From positions 4,785,628 through 4,849,627 of the forward strand of contig OZ037771.1 of NCBI GenBank assembly GCA_964035545.1: a stretch of 64,000 nt of DNA, in the 5' to 3' direction. This DNA is from Bugula neritina. Lineage: Eukaryota; Animalia; Bryozoa. Of the stretch, positions 11,301 through 24,079 are shown piece by piece. Both the position numbers and the translations under genes were made by a program. Numbering within the stretch: position 1 is the first letter of the stretch; every line of letters starts with the position of its first letter. The notes below the pieces were generated by a model. The model ran no database searches. It was given only the letters and a program-made list of their open reading frames with translations, and was not told where the DNA came from.

Positions 11301-14300
11301 AGAGAGCAGCCATTTCCCATCTGTCCACTCAACCTTAGACCACAGTCTACTAGACTTCCAGCGCAGAATACTGTAATTGAAGTATTGCACATTATATAAT
11401 ACACACAAACGCACACATATAAGACATGAAATGCATTTTCATAATATTATAATATTTAGTAATTTTTCACAGTAAGCATTTTATTACCATAATTATGTTT
11501 TCTCTTTTATAAGCTTATATTGTTGGTAGTTTAGAAAATACATACACACTGCAGCCACTCGTAGAAATAGACTTGCAATACTGGGAATGTTATCAAAGTT
11601 GTCTTTCCTATGCTGAGCTGCCATTGGCTGAACTCCACTCGTTTCTTGAATTGGATGACTGGAGAGATTTCGTCTTATTTTACTTTGAGTTCTGTTGTCT
11701 TTTATTACAGTGGCATAGACATAGAGGAGAAACAGAAGGCTCATCCCATATAGGTACATAAAGTAGGCCTACAACAAACCATTCTACCTCATCCTAAACT
11801 TGTAAGCTTGCATAAAACAATTTCACTGCATACAATTTGATTAACTTTCTAAGATCAAGCATTATCAATTATGAAACTGCTGCAATAGTTTTTTTGTAAA
11901 ACTAGAGCTAGTGTATGAGCATAAAAATAACAAAAATTGTATTTTATTATCTAGAATAAAACCTAAACTAAAAATATTAAAATAAAGTCAAGTTTTGCTG
12001 CTAGTTGTCTCTGATTATTTTCTTAGTGGAAAAAATTACACAACAGTAAACAATTAATAGCTTTTACCTCCTATTTAGAAACCGATAACTTTTATAACTT
12101 GCTCTTCATGCAATTGAAACAACTGTACAAATTTTAGTTCACACACGTTGCATCATATGATAAACAGCATATTTCGAGCCATTATTATTCACACTTTTTT
12201 TATAATAAATTAAGGCTTTGAGACAAAATTGGAAACTAACGTATTAGTTAAGGATGATTTTCTTTGCTCACTAAACCGTATATTAAGCTGATTATTCTAT
12301 TTGTTTAGCACTGGAGGATTTCTCAGTGATGCTATTGAGTTAAAAAGATGAAGGGGTGATAAACGAGTGGCTATTGATTCTCTGCTTTTTGTTTGTATAA
12401 TTAGCATTGTCTACAAATATCTAAAGGCTTAGTGCACTAAGAATAAAGGATATCGTCTGAATTAGAGGCTGACAAAGTCTTACAACTTTAAGCTATAATA
12501 ATCTGAGATGTGTGCTGAGATCAATAACTTGCTTCATTTATAAGAATCCCTGAAACTCCGCTTATCAATGTGTGTAAATTAAAAATTAAAGTTATGGTTA
12601 CTAAAAACCTGACTACATTATGAAAAAAAAGCTTGGAAATGCATTTTTCTATAACTCACAGCTGAGTGCATAAAAATACAATTTTGTAAAGATAGAATAA
12701 CTTCTAATCCATCCACAAGATATTGAAATTAATTAAAATAAATTGTTAGATATTCAGCCTTTGATAATGATATTACTCAAGATTAGATGCAGTCATAGCC
12801 TAGTGGTTTGTACATGTCCAATTTGGGCTCATGTAAGGTAATCCAAGTCCTGCTATATGCTACAATTGATGATGTCAGGCAGAAGAAGCTTGACCCCAGT
12901 TGCTCCATGGTGAATGATAGCCATAACTTCAGACAAGGGTCATATGATTTATCACCAGATAAAAAGGATTAAGTCCAAGAATCCGAAAGCATTAACAGAT
13001 AAAAACCAATAGTATTATAAGTACAAAGTCATAAATCTATGTCTTATGAAAGCATTAATTATAGGATGAATTTTGTTGGTTTTTCAATGGTTGATGGTTT
13101 TCCCAAGGTATTACAGTATGAGCATCTCCTTACACCTAGATATTGCTACCCATAATATTAATCCTCTGCTTTCTATGCTAATACAGAGAGTAGCCTTGGT
13201 CTAGAGGTTAAAGCGGTTGCCTTATAGTGAACACGAGGTCATGGGTTCGATCCCCGACAAAGGCCATTGGTGATGTTAGGAAGAGCATCCAGTCATAATT
13301 GCTCCTGTGCCTCATTTAAATAAGACTTTAGCTCGATTTTAACAAAAATCTTTTCCACCGCAGGGGTTTCTCACAGGGATAGCGACTATATACTTGCGTG
13401 AGTTTTTTCTTTGCTAATACAAACTTGCATGTGGAGACAAAAAGAATACAATTTATAGCACATGTTTTCAGTTCTATTATCAAAAGTTTAGTTTTGCTGT
13501 ACTGAAGGAAATTACCTCAAAGATGTAAGAGTTTGTGTCTATTCCATTTCTTACTTCAAAAACAGGAAGGATGACTCCAAATAATACAAGAATCACTGCA
13601 TAGGCTGTGCTGAGAAATCCCACAATTCTAGATCTGTAACAGTACAAACCAAACAGTAATAAACTACAGCAACAATATATGTTTTATTTGACATTATAGT
13701 TCATGAAAATGGATAACCTAATTTTTCATTAGATTTCTCCTAGCAATTTCAAATTCGAATTTAGACATACATTTGGTGTTAACACAAACATGATCTGTAA
13801 TTTTTTGAAATGTAAATTTCATTTACTTCTACTATAAATTAGGGGAATACAAATTTTTACAGCTTGATTTTTAATAAGGCAATTGTACAATTTAAAATTT
13901 CTATTTAACTGGCAATTAAAACGCAGTTTATGTAATTTCTTTGAGTAAGTGTTATTTTCAATACACTTATTTTAGAAATATAGATTAACATCAGGCGCTG
14001 ATTAATACGGTTTTTCATATTTTGCTAATAAAAAGGAAACAGTTTAAACATCATATTCTTATGACCACATATATATTTTTTTCACCCTCAGTTGAGTGTG
14101 TAGTTTTGACGGAAAATATCAGCTATAATGCGTTGGAGTAATGACTGTTGCATAAGTATATAACTTAGTTAGCCGATTTCTCATACAACTGTTAGAATAA
14201 CTTTGTAACTATCAACTAATAACTTTAATCACTCTTTTTTGACATAAAATATGTCAGAAGCTTTAAATAATAAAACTAATTAATAATTACACTTTGGCAG

Positions 14301-17300
14301 CTTCCATGTATAGCCCTATGTCGTCTATTCTTTGGTGTCTAAGCTTGGGGGACGGTATCTCTCCCCGACTACCACAAGAGTATGAGCTAGAATAGTGACT
14401 GCTGCTAGATACAGACATAGCTCGAGTTTTCATTCCCACATTCTGCTGGCTGGGTACTTGAGACGTCTCGTTACTAATACCTAAATACAGGAAGGATACA
14501 TGGTTATATAGATATAAAATATTGAGCAAAGCTTTAATAAAAAAAAACTGTTTGTCTCAGAGAAAATAAAAGAATAATTGGTACTGGTGGCTTAGAGAAT
14601 TGCACCTTACACACGAAGTAAACCTATCATTTATTTTTCATACAAAACATGTTTATATATTATTGAAATTATGTTTATATACTGTACATGTTATGTTTCT
14701 TCATTGCTCATACAGTATGTTTATAAAATTTGAAATGGTAAACTTTGGCATAAAAATAATTCAAGCTCCTAGTAAGTAGTGTAGTTCATTTTTATTACCA
14801 AGCAGCACATACCTAGTTTAGCATCATTTTAATTTACACTTCAGCTGTATTGATCTACTATTACTCCCAAGGTAGCAAAGCAACTATTCATGCTATCAGT
14901 TATATGCACAGTGCCCTATTAACCAGTTAATAGCAACACACAATTGCTAGCAATATACTTCAACACAGCAAACGTATTGACTTTGTTTGCAGATAAAAAT
15001 CTATTTGCCATATGAGATTCTATGAAATGAAGCATCATCCCATAAGACCACGGGCTATAAATAAAAAAACTCACGCAAATTTATAGTCGCTATCCTTGTG
15101 AGAAACCCCTGATAGAAAGGGTTTTTGTTAAAGCGGACTAAGGACATGTTTAAATGAGGCACAGGAGCAATTATGACTGGATGCTCTTCCTAACATCACC
15201 AATGGCCTTTGTCCATGCTCGAACCCACGACCTTCGTGTTTACTAGGCAAGCGCTCTAACCCCTAGACCACGGCTGATACCTTGTAGTATAACATATAAA
15301 TACCTGAGTCTATGTTAGTGCCGACATCTTCAGAGGTCAAGGCTGAGGTTGGTATATTAAAAGGAGGGGAAGAGAGTCGGATATTGTCACTGGACACGCT
15401 GGGTATGACATCATTTCTCATTTGATGCCGGCTGCGTCTGGAGTTGGAGCTGTGTGGAAGAGACTTCCTCTGGTGAATTACCAGCCGAGTGGAGGGAGAA
15501 GCAGATGTGGATTGTTTTGGCACAAATCTGTTCAGAAATAATGTACTGATGAATGTATATGCCTTTTTCTCTAATTTATTTTAAATTTGTGTTAAAGTGT
15601 AGAAAGTAGTTGAACATAATATTGTTTTAACAAGTATTTCATGGACAGGTGAGATTAAGCAGTTGTGGGTTGTATACAGAGCCTGCCTCAAGCTTACGTG
15701 TTCAAGTCCCATGGGTACAAATAGCGGTGCCCAAAAGAGCATCTGACCAAAAGGGCTATGGAAAGCCCTGGAATTGTGTCATTAACACAAAAACTCAAGC
15801 CAGAAGTTTACAATTAATAAAAAGTGTAAACCCAGCCAGACTTTATCACAGAAGTAAAGACTGTAATGCTAGTTTCCATCAACAGCTGGAAGAACTAAAG
15901 AGAAACTGAATTGAAAAGCATAATATTATTAAAATGCTCAGCACCGGCTGCATTGTTTGGGGGAGGCTAAACCAAGCACCCACTTCCAGTCTATAAAAGT
16001 AGGAAGCACTGCTATATTTTCAACTATATGTTGTCACATACTGCATAGCATACAAACAGCTAATCACTTGAACATAACTAGTTACACATTAGCAACTGTG
16101 AAGCTATACAGTATTTTCACATCTGCCTTAATTAAGTATTTAATTATTTATTGGCTAAAAAACTCAGCTTAACAAATAATAGCCTAAGAACCTTATATTA
16201 GTTGGGGGCTAACTACTGGCTACACACTACAAAGCAAAACAAAGAGTAATTTGGACGTTAGTGCATAACTCAATTTTGTGCTAAGCAACTTACAATTACA
16301 CAAATTAATTGAGAGTTAAATTAGCATGAATGTTGATGCAAAGCTTTTGGCAAAATAGAGCAGACTTCTTGGTTATAATGTATAACTAGCATTTTTTGTG
16401 CGATGTGATCATTTTTTATATTCACAGGTTTGCAAAATGTATTCGCAACTGCATACACCTGATGCTTACACAAGTGTATAGAATAAACTTACATGTAGCT
16501 GTATTCACTAAAATCAAGTTTTATAAATGCAAGCGTAGTCACTTTTTATGTAATTTAAACGTTTCTTCGTTAGACTCCTATAAACGAGATTCTTCCCCAT
16601 TTAGTGAGAAATAGTTACAGCTGTAGGTTTCCACAGTTGAAATAGTGTTGCTTAGCCTTCAAACACGTTTTTACCTGCTGTTTCCATATTTATAAGCAAG
16701 CAGCTCTAATTATTACTGTAGTTTGGTGGCATTTTAATATAAGACACATATGCTGCTAATATAAGGTTGAAATCTTTGCAGGGCCATCAGAGATATGCTA
16801 CTTTTAAATTCTTCAGATCATGTCAAAATAATGGTGAGAGGGACAAGGTCTAACTACTTTAAACCCTAAACTATTGCAGAGGGTTCACACAGAGATAGGA
16901 GTTTAGCGGTTGTTTACATTTATCAGCTCTCTTATAGAGCATACATCATACAGTAACCTGTGTATGTAGACAGCTTGTACATTATTTGTTATGTAATTAC
17001 CTTGGAATAATATATTGATATTTGATTACAACCTTATTGATTTTCTATATTTGTAAATATAAAGGATCATAAAACACAACATTGTAATTTGCTCTACTGT
17101 TTGTATTCGTAGATATCGGAACAAGTTTTTTATTGTTAAACAATCATCCAGTATATCATATATTAGCTGCAAGTCAACTTGTCAATATCATCAAATTATG
17201 CACAAGAGATTCTTATACTTCCTCTGTACACATGTCATATGTGTGATCCACTTTCACTCATAAATGATAGCCCAAGTTATTACTTATTTGTGGTGTTTTG

Positions 17301-19165
17301 TTTATTAGTCTGTGTTGCCAGAAGTATAATATAATATAATACAATATAATACACGATTCTTAACATAGCTGGCTAGTTTTGAATTTCATGTTTATACATA
17401 TAAAAAAGACTTATGTATACGTAAACTGCACATATTGCTTAAAAAAATTAATGTTATGCCTACTCTGTTTGCACAATTATTGTTGTATTGAAGCTTATAA
17501 TATCTAAAAGAAATTTCTTACTAGCTCTATATACAGCAGTTTATTACTTTTCTACAAATTACCGTTTACTAATAAACTAGGCAATCACCATTTATATAGT
17601 GTTACAAAATCAAGAAGATAAATTAATTTTATTGAAATGTTGAAAGCACTTGCGCATTCAACGGCTGCCTGTTGAAGCAATGCAACACCTCATAAGTGTT
17701 TGGCCACAGCAGCAACTTTACTGACTGCCACAACACAAAGCCTCTAGTCTCAGTTTGCAAGCTAATGAATCCAAATACTCTATATTCATTGAAACTTTAG
17801 GCTTCAGAGAGAATTTAAAAGCAAATTGTCTCATTAGAGTTGAATAATGTTTGTAAAATCAATACATTTTTAACAGCTTCAAGTATTGATGGAGTAAAGA
17901 GAAGGAGCTCTCGCTGCTGAATGTCAATAAAGTAAAAGTGTCATCAAGTAGTGTGATACTGATGGAGAATGTAATTGTAACTGCCTCAAGTCACTTGAAT
18001 GTTTGTGTAGATGTCTCACAGATACCAGTCTAATTATAATTATAAGCAAAGTATAGGGCAATTGGGTTTCTCTAAATATAATATGCGCATGTGCTGTAAT
18101 ATATTCTATTACAATGTAGTGTACTGTGTGGAGCTTTTTGCAGCAACTATTATAAGGCGTCAAACAACTTTTTATTACAATAAAAATTTAAGCGTTTCAA
18201 GTTTTCTTTGAATTTTAGGCTATATATAGAAAGTTGTTAAAATGAATATTTGTGTATAAGAATTTGCTTCTTTTTGCTGCTAACTAGCTTATCTTCTCAG
18301 ATAATATTCTATAGTCTATTTTTACTTGCTTTGTATGCTATAGGTAACACTTACATTTCTGTAATGCATTCAGATTCTGTATCTCCAAGCTCATCGCTAA
18401 TGCTGCCGCTATCTTGCGTCTGATTGGCTACTGAGTCAGCAAAATTGTCGTCTTTTTCTAGTTTGAACAAGTAACAAAAATGAATCCTAACTTTCAGTCC
18501 CTTTAAATGCATTGAGTACTAATTCTAGAACTTAGTATAAACCCACATTTAAAATTTCATGAGTTCACAATTGCAATATTTTTTTATTGCAAAATACTAA
18601 AAAGTAATGTGGACTTGTATGCAATGTCTATTCCTGGAAGTTGTTAGAATTAAAGCACTTATATTTGTCACAGTTGCTTTGAGTCAACAAGTTGTTTGAG
18701 ATCAGCTTTGTTTTGTCTTTGTAACTTGCAAAGTGATCTATTAAAATTATAGAGAATCACAAGAAAGCAAAACATATTATTTAAGATTTTTAAAAGCTGC
18801 TATTTAAATTACACAGGCGCACACGCACCGCTTGCACACAAACATTTTTAAGCTAACCATGTATTTACTGTTTTAATTATTATACCAACCTATATTAGTT
18901 ATTAAAAAAGTATACCTGCATTTCCCTCCTCATCCTCTTCATGATCCCAGTGTTTGGTGTGTGGAGAAAGTACAGCAGTCTCCTGTGTTGTCAACTGATG
19001 CTGCTCGGAACTAAACTGCTCACACTCAACAGTAGGGGGAGGAGGCAGACCCTCTCCTTGTGTCCAGGAGCCGCTAGAATCTGAGCTATCAAGGCAATTA
19101 TTCCAGGCGCTAGCTAATGCTGGTTTCTTACTAGCAATATAGGAGGAAAACTGATGGTTCTGCAT
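8365..19165 (-). CDS. Otop: Otopetrin-family multi-pass membrane protein (proton-channel family), divergent; 10 coding exons, about 813 aa
   Basis: Minus-strand exons: 19165-18916, 18457-18355, 15527-15304, 14480-14291, 13633-13516, 11768-11546, 11370-11219, 10873-10663, 9758-9603, 9179-8365. All GT-AG, phases consistent, total 2442 nt. Otopetrin motifs: SLFLRVAAVLFCAGS, KFGIMHLIAANTFIW, YPCT...ILYVMW, IDCGHTSRGLFLGIL, LEDILL, KPGRECVTFLAVANIALW. Exons 1-4 are supported by phase and splice sites only. Confidence 0.9.
13186..13408 (+). mobile_element. tRNA-derived SINE (family A), full length with target-site duplication
   Basis: A box TGGTCTAGAGG, B box GGTTCGATCCC, core ggccattggtgatgttaggaagagcatccagtcataattgctcctgtg, T-rich tail; flanked by ttctatgctaataca / ttctttgctaataca (15 bp, 1 mismatch). 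Confidence 0.85.
15062..15280 (-). mobile_element. tRNA-derived SINE (family A)
   Basis: Reverse complement of the 13186-13408 element over its full length. Confidence 0.85.
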
Positions 19166-19924
19166 TGCGAAACTTTTCACATGTCAGTCACGGAATGTTT
19201 TAGCAGACTAGAGTTGCTTTCGCTGACTTGAAAATCGTTTCTGCTGACTTACAATTTCTTGTTGCTAACTCCAGCACCTGGTGTACGTATACTAATTAGT
19301 ATATCAACAGTGCTTAATCAATTCGTTTAGATGACAGCCAAGTATATTGTTCCTGTTAACCTAATCACTAAAATAGACTGAGTAAAAATCAATACAAGTT
19401 CCATGAGGCAACAATCTTGAATATGAACAAATCCTGTTATGAGATGACAACTCCAGAAACAAGGAAATTATTGTGAATGGTGTCACAGCTCATGTCTGCA
19501 TTTTAAGAAAGCTTAGAAAAGGTTGTTGCAAGGTTATTATAATTATATATAGTGCCTTTTGAGTTGTCTTTACTTTGGAGGAAGTCTAGTAGTCGACAGT
19601 TGAATCGTTATAAGTGACAACAAACTTTCCAACATTATATTTCATTTGCGATAACGGGAACGTCGCATTTATCAATTATAACCTAGCCAGGAACTTTGGC
19701 AATTTCTGCATTTGCATGCAACATACAGAGTATAAAACACTTCATAGCCGCATTGAACTCATTTTCTTTTTGGCTGAAGTCAGGTTATATTATTTTAAAG
19801 GTTAGTGTTAACTTAGAGTTAGTGTTGACTGTGTTGCCAGCAGTGTTTATTACCAATAATATTTTTGCCTTATTAGTAGTAATATAAGCTGTTTTTACAC
19901 GACTATAAATATAGACTCCGGGTG

Positions 19925-21400
19925 GCACTGAAACTGAAAGTGAAAGTCAATACTCATGGTCATACTCATAGTCATACTGAATCACTGAAAGTGAAACTGA
20001 ATGTGAATACTCAAACTCAAAGGACGAAGTCAAAGTGAAAGTAAAAGTAGCTGTAAGTATCATTATGACTATTACTCGGTGATAGCCATAGTGATACTGT
20101 ATCAGTATGAGGATGAGTATCAGTATCATACTGAGTATGAGACTGGACACTGCCACTGGGCACTGGGTATCCATAATGATTATGATAATCAGTGATAATG
20201 CCTGTAAATGTAATCCATATTGATATTCATATTGATATTAAATTTAATGTATTATTATTCATATTGTGATAATGATATCCATATTCATATTGATATTGTC
20301 TATTGATATATTTGATATTCTTATAGGTTATAGGTATCGAATATCTGTATCAGTATTGCCCTATTGGTTTTTTTCATTATTTTTACTCAAAGTCAATATG
20401 AATATCAATATGAATATGTATGCGGAGAGTGAGTTGAAACACTAAATCTAATTCTGAATTAGAGTGACTGTTAGACTGCTACAATCGATATAATAATAAT
20501 AATAATAATTGCTAACATTAACTGACTAACTCTAAAAGTAAAAGTAAATCACTATCAAGTATCAGTAAAACTTAAAGGAAATATCATAATTAATAATATG
20601 ATAATAATATAAATATGAATTAAAATATGACAGTTGTTAAAGTTGTAGAATCAGAATAATAATGCTCAGGCCTTTTGCTTAGACTTAGAGTTTTAGACGT
20701 ATGCTAGTAGTAGTAGTAATATCTATTGTAACAGTTAAACGTTATACTTATGATTATAATGATACTTTACATTTTCAGGTAAAAGTAAATACTGAAACCA
20801 GTAATACAAATAGTAATAGTAATGATAAATATAATAATAATATAACTCATATCAATAACAGGTATACCACTATAACTATTACTATAAGTATGAGTATAAC
20901 CATGATGATGGACATGACTATAGGCTATTACTATTAGCTAAGCACATTATAATTTATTTTTGAAATTGAGGCAAACTTAAATGTTTAAATTCAAGTTTAA
21001 ATTAAATGAATATAATTGAATAACAATTAGAATTATTAATATTATGCCTGTAATCAAAATCCTACTATTTGCTAATGGTGCTAGTCATAAATCATAATGA
21101 TAATGATAATGATTGGTAATAATTATTATTACTGTAAATGTTATTATTAGTTTAATTACTACTGATGGTAACTGATGATTATCTGTTATCTGTTAACTAT
21201 CGTGATTGTCTTATTTTAAGTTAGAGTGAGTTGTCTTATTCCAAGTTAAGTTAAAAGTCATCTATGATGTTTGTAACGATTACATTTACTGTGATTATGA
21301 CTGTTATAGTGCTATAAAAATTAATGTTACTGGTGTTTATCATTATAAGTTATAATTCCTTTCATAACTGATGTCCATTTGAGATTCAGTTTGACTCTCA
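19925..21400. repeat. Degenerate period-3/6 low-complexity tract
   Basis: Runs such as gaaact-gaaagt-gaaagt, catact-catagt-catact, gatatt-catatt-gatatt, aataat. Confidence 0.7.
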
Positions 21401-21809
21401 CTGTTAAATCATCCCCGAGAATTCAAATAATTCAGTCTCAAATAATAAAAAGATATAATTAATTTAAATAAATCTCAAGCAAAAATTTCATTTTTCGTTT
21501 AAAACATGCATGCTTTGTTTGAACCACTTGTAATTTACTTGTAGTCGAAAAGACGGAAGAATCTGATTGAGTGTTGCCTACTTACATAGGTAAGTTGATT
21601 ATCTGCAGGTCAACATACTAAACCTGATAAGCGTGGTTATAATATAGACTTCATTTCCTTTACTTGAAGCAAATGAGACTAAAGTTTTAATAATATTAGG
21701 AGCTGCTTCATGGACAACTCAATGTGATTAGATGTCAGACCGTACTTTGAACCATTACGGCAGTGCTACAACTTACTCATATGTCTTTAGCTTTTCGTTC
21801 CATCTACCA

Positions 21810-21945
21810 TATATATGTATGTATATATTTGTGTGTGTATGTATGTGTGTGTGTATGTATATGTGTATTTATGTATGTATGCATGTATGTGTATTTATCT
21901 ATGTATGTATATGTATGTGCATATATGTGTGTGTATGCATAAGCA
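21810..21945. repeat. (GT/GTAT)n microsatellite
   Basis: atatatgtatgtatatatttgtgtgtgtatgtatgtgtgt... Confidence 0.9.
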
Positions 21946-22123
21946 TCTATGTTTTATAAGTTTTATATGAGTTAAAATAAGCACTGAGTTGGGTGCAACA
22001 TCTTTGAATGGTCAGGCACTAAAAGCAGTCTTATTTTACAAATTTTGCTGTTTGAAAATAAACATCACATGTTTTTGTCTTGTGCAGTCTAGAAAATAGC
22101 TGAGATCAAATGAAGCGTGTGTA

Positions 22124-23645
22124 TTTATCGACTTTAAAATAGTCACGAGAAGGATATATCAACATGTTATTCAGTAATATATGAACTGAAGGGTAATGAA
22201 TATTGGTTTTGTATTGTAGCTGATCTTAATATTCACTGTTGGAGATATAACAATCAGGTTAGTTCTTTGGTATTATTCTAAAGTGTTCTTTGTAATATAT
22301 ATGAACAATATCTGTGTACACCAGCACTTTGCTTTGTGATTTACAATGCTGAAGCTTTTTTACTAACCTTGTTTTTTGTCAAAACTAAAGTCACATTAAT
22401 GTCATATATTCAACTATGGCTGCCTGCCGTTTAAATGACTGTGAAAACTGAACTGGATGCATCTGGTGATAAGTTGATGTTAAAAAATTTAGTTATGAGT
22501 CATGGAATGAGTCATTGATATATAGTTATTATTACTCAAACTTAATTTTAGTTTGCACAAATACGTTATCATTTATAGCCATCTTTTACTTCTAAAGTTT
22601 TTAATCATTCAATCAGTTAAATATCCAGCACTGAGGGTCGTATTTCTTGCATTTTCATTGACCCAAGTGCTATCATATTTGTTTGATGACCTGTTGATTT
22701 AGTTATAATCTATCATCTGTTATCCAAGGCAATAACTGGCCTGTATCTCTGTCAGATAAACCAACAATTCTGACCACACTTAGCAACTTGACTATCAGAG
22801 TACAACGCTGAGATAGTGGACTAAGCAGACAGTGTAAACTCTTATCTACTAGCAACTCTTGTGGCTCATAGTAGATTGTAGGCTGCATGCAGTAATTTGT
22901 TACAAATATGACATGGAGTTATAGACAATCAATGTATGGTCAAGTTATTAGGGAAGTTATGACAACTAATCTTTAACAATTCCTGTTATTGCTCACTGCC
23001 ACTGGCTATCAATTAGCATAGTATGCTATCTTTGTCATAGATTAGCAAGCTGCATTATCTGGTCTAATTTTCTTCCTGTTCTGTTTCCTACTTAGAAATG
23101 TTTTACTCTGAGATACGTCTGCGCTGATTCCAGGACAAACTATGAAATAGTCTTGTAGTTTCTGTTTGTTGCTATTATGAAGCTACAACATCACTAACTT
23201 TGTATAAAATGTAGGCGACTGGACAAATTCTAGGCATATTTTGGCATCACCAAATTTCCTCATTGCTTGAATATATCACTGCGCTAGGTTGAAACTTACC
23301 AAAACATCATTGTAACTTATCATAATATTTTGCCATAGATGTTAGCTTTTCCACAGATTGATTTGTGTTGTTATAGACTCCTCTACACCCAGCTCCATTG
23401 GATGGCAGACTTGACCTATTAAAGTTACTACTAGAACATTCGGCTGATTACAAGGTCAAGAACAATGATGGTTTACTTCCTGTTGACTTTGCCCGGCAGC
23501 AAGGTCACCAGAGCTGTGCTAAACTGCTGATAGATACTCAGAACGAGGCTGAACGTGTTTTAAATAGAGGTTAGTTCTTGTGGTGATACTCCAGCAGTTC
23601 TGGGGGTTTACATATAAGTTTAGTCTGTGTTTAGAGTGTGTCTTT
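22124..23645 (+). pseudogene. Upstream partial duplicate of LRRK exons 2 and 3 with flanking intron sequence
   Basis: 22124-22351 matches 25290-25516 (38-nt exon copy at 22220-22257); 23357-23645 matches 25975-26250 (193-nt exon copy at 23377-23569, 15 substitutions). Confidence 0.9.
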
Positions 23646-24079
23646 GTAAATGAATGTAATACTTGTGAATGAATATGATGCTTGTAAATGAATACGTTTT
23701 TGTGATAAAAATAGTCATTGTAACAGATGTAGTTGTTGTGATAACTATAGTAAACCTAGTAATTTTAATAAACACAATAAGTATTGACATTTTAAATGTA
23801 GCTTATGGACTTACAGTCAATTTAAACAGAATTGCTATTACCTTTCATCTTCATTTCAATTAATTAGTTAAATAATATAAGCAGCCTGCAAGAAAGTTAC
23901 TTGGGACATAAAATCTTATGGGAGAAGCAATTTTATTGCTGAATATTAATTTTTCATGTTATATCAAAGTTACTCTTTCTCACCAAAATCTTTGTGGTTG
24001 ATCGACAAAAACACACTCAACTATTGATGCTGCTACAGGTTGGTGTATGGTTTTACAGCATAGCCTTTAATCAGCAGAG

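Noticed and set aside
19947-21959. ORFs 19947-20174, 20701-20937 and 21732-21959
   Set aside because: Products of low-complexity and microsatellite sequence.
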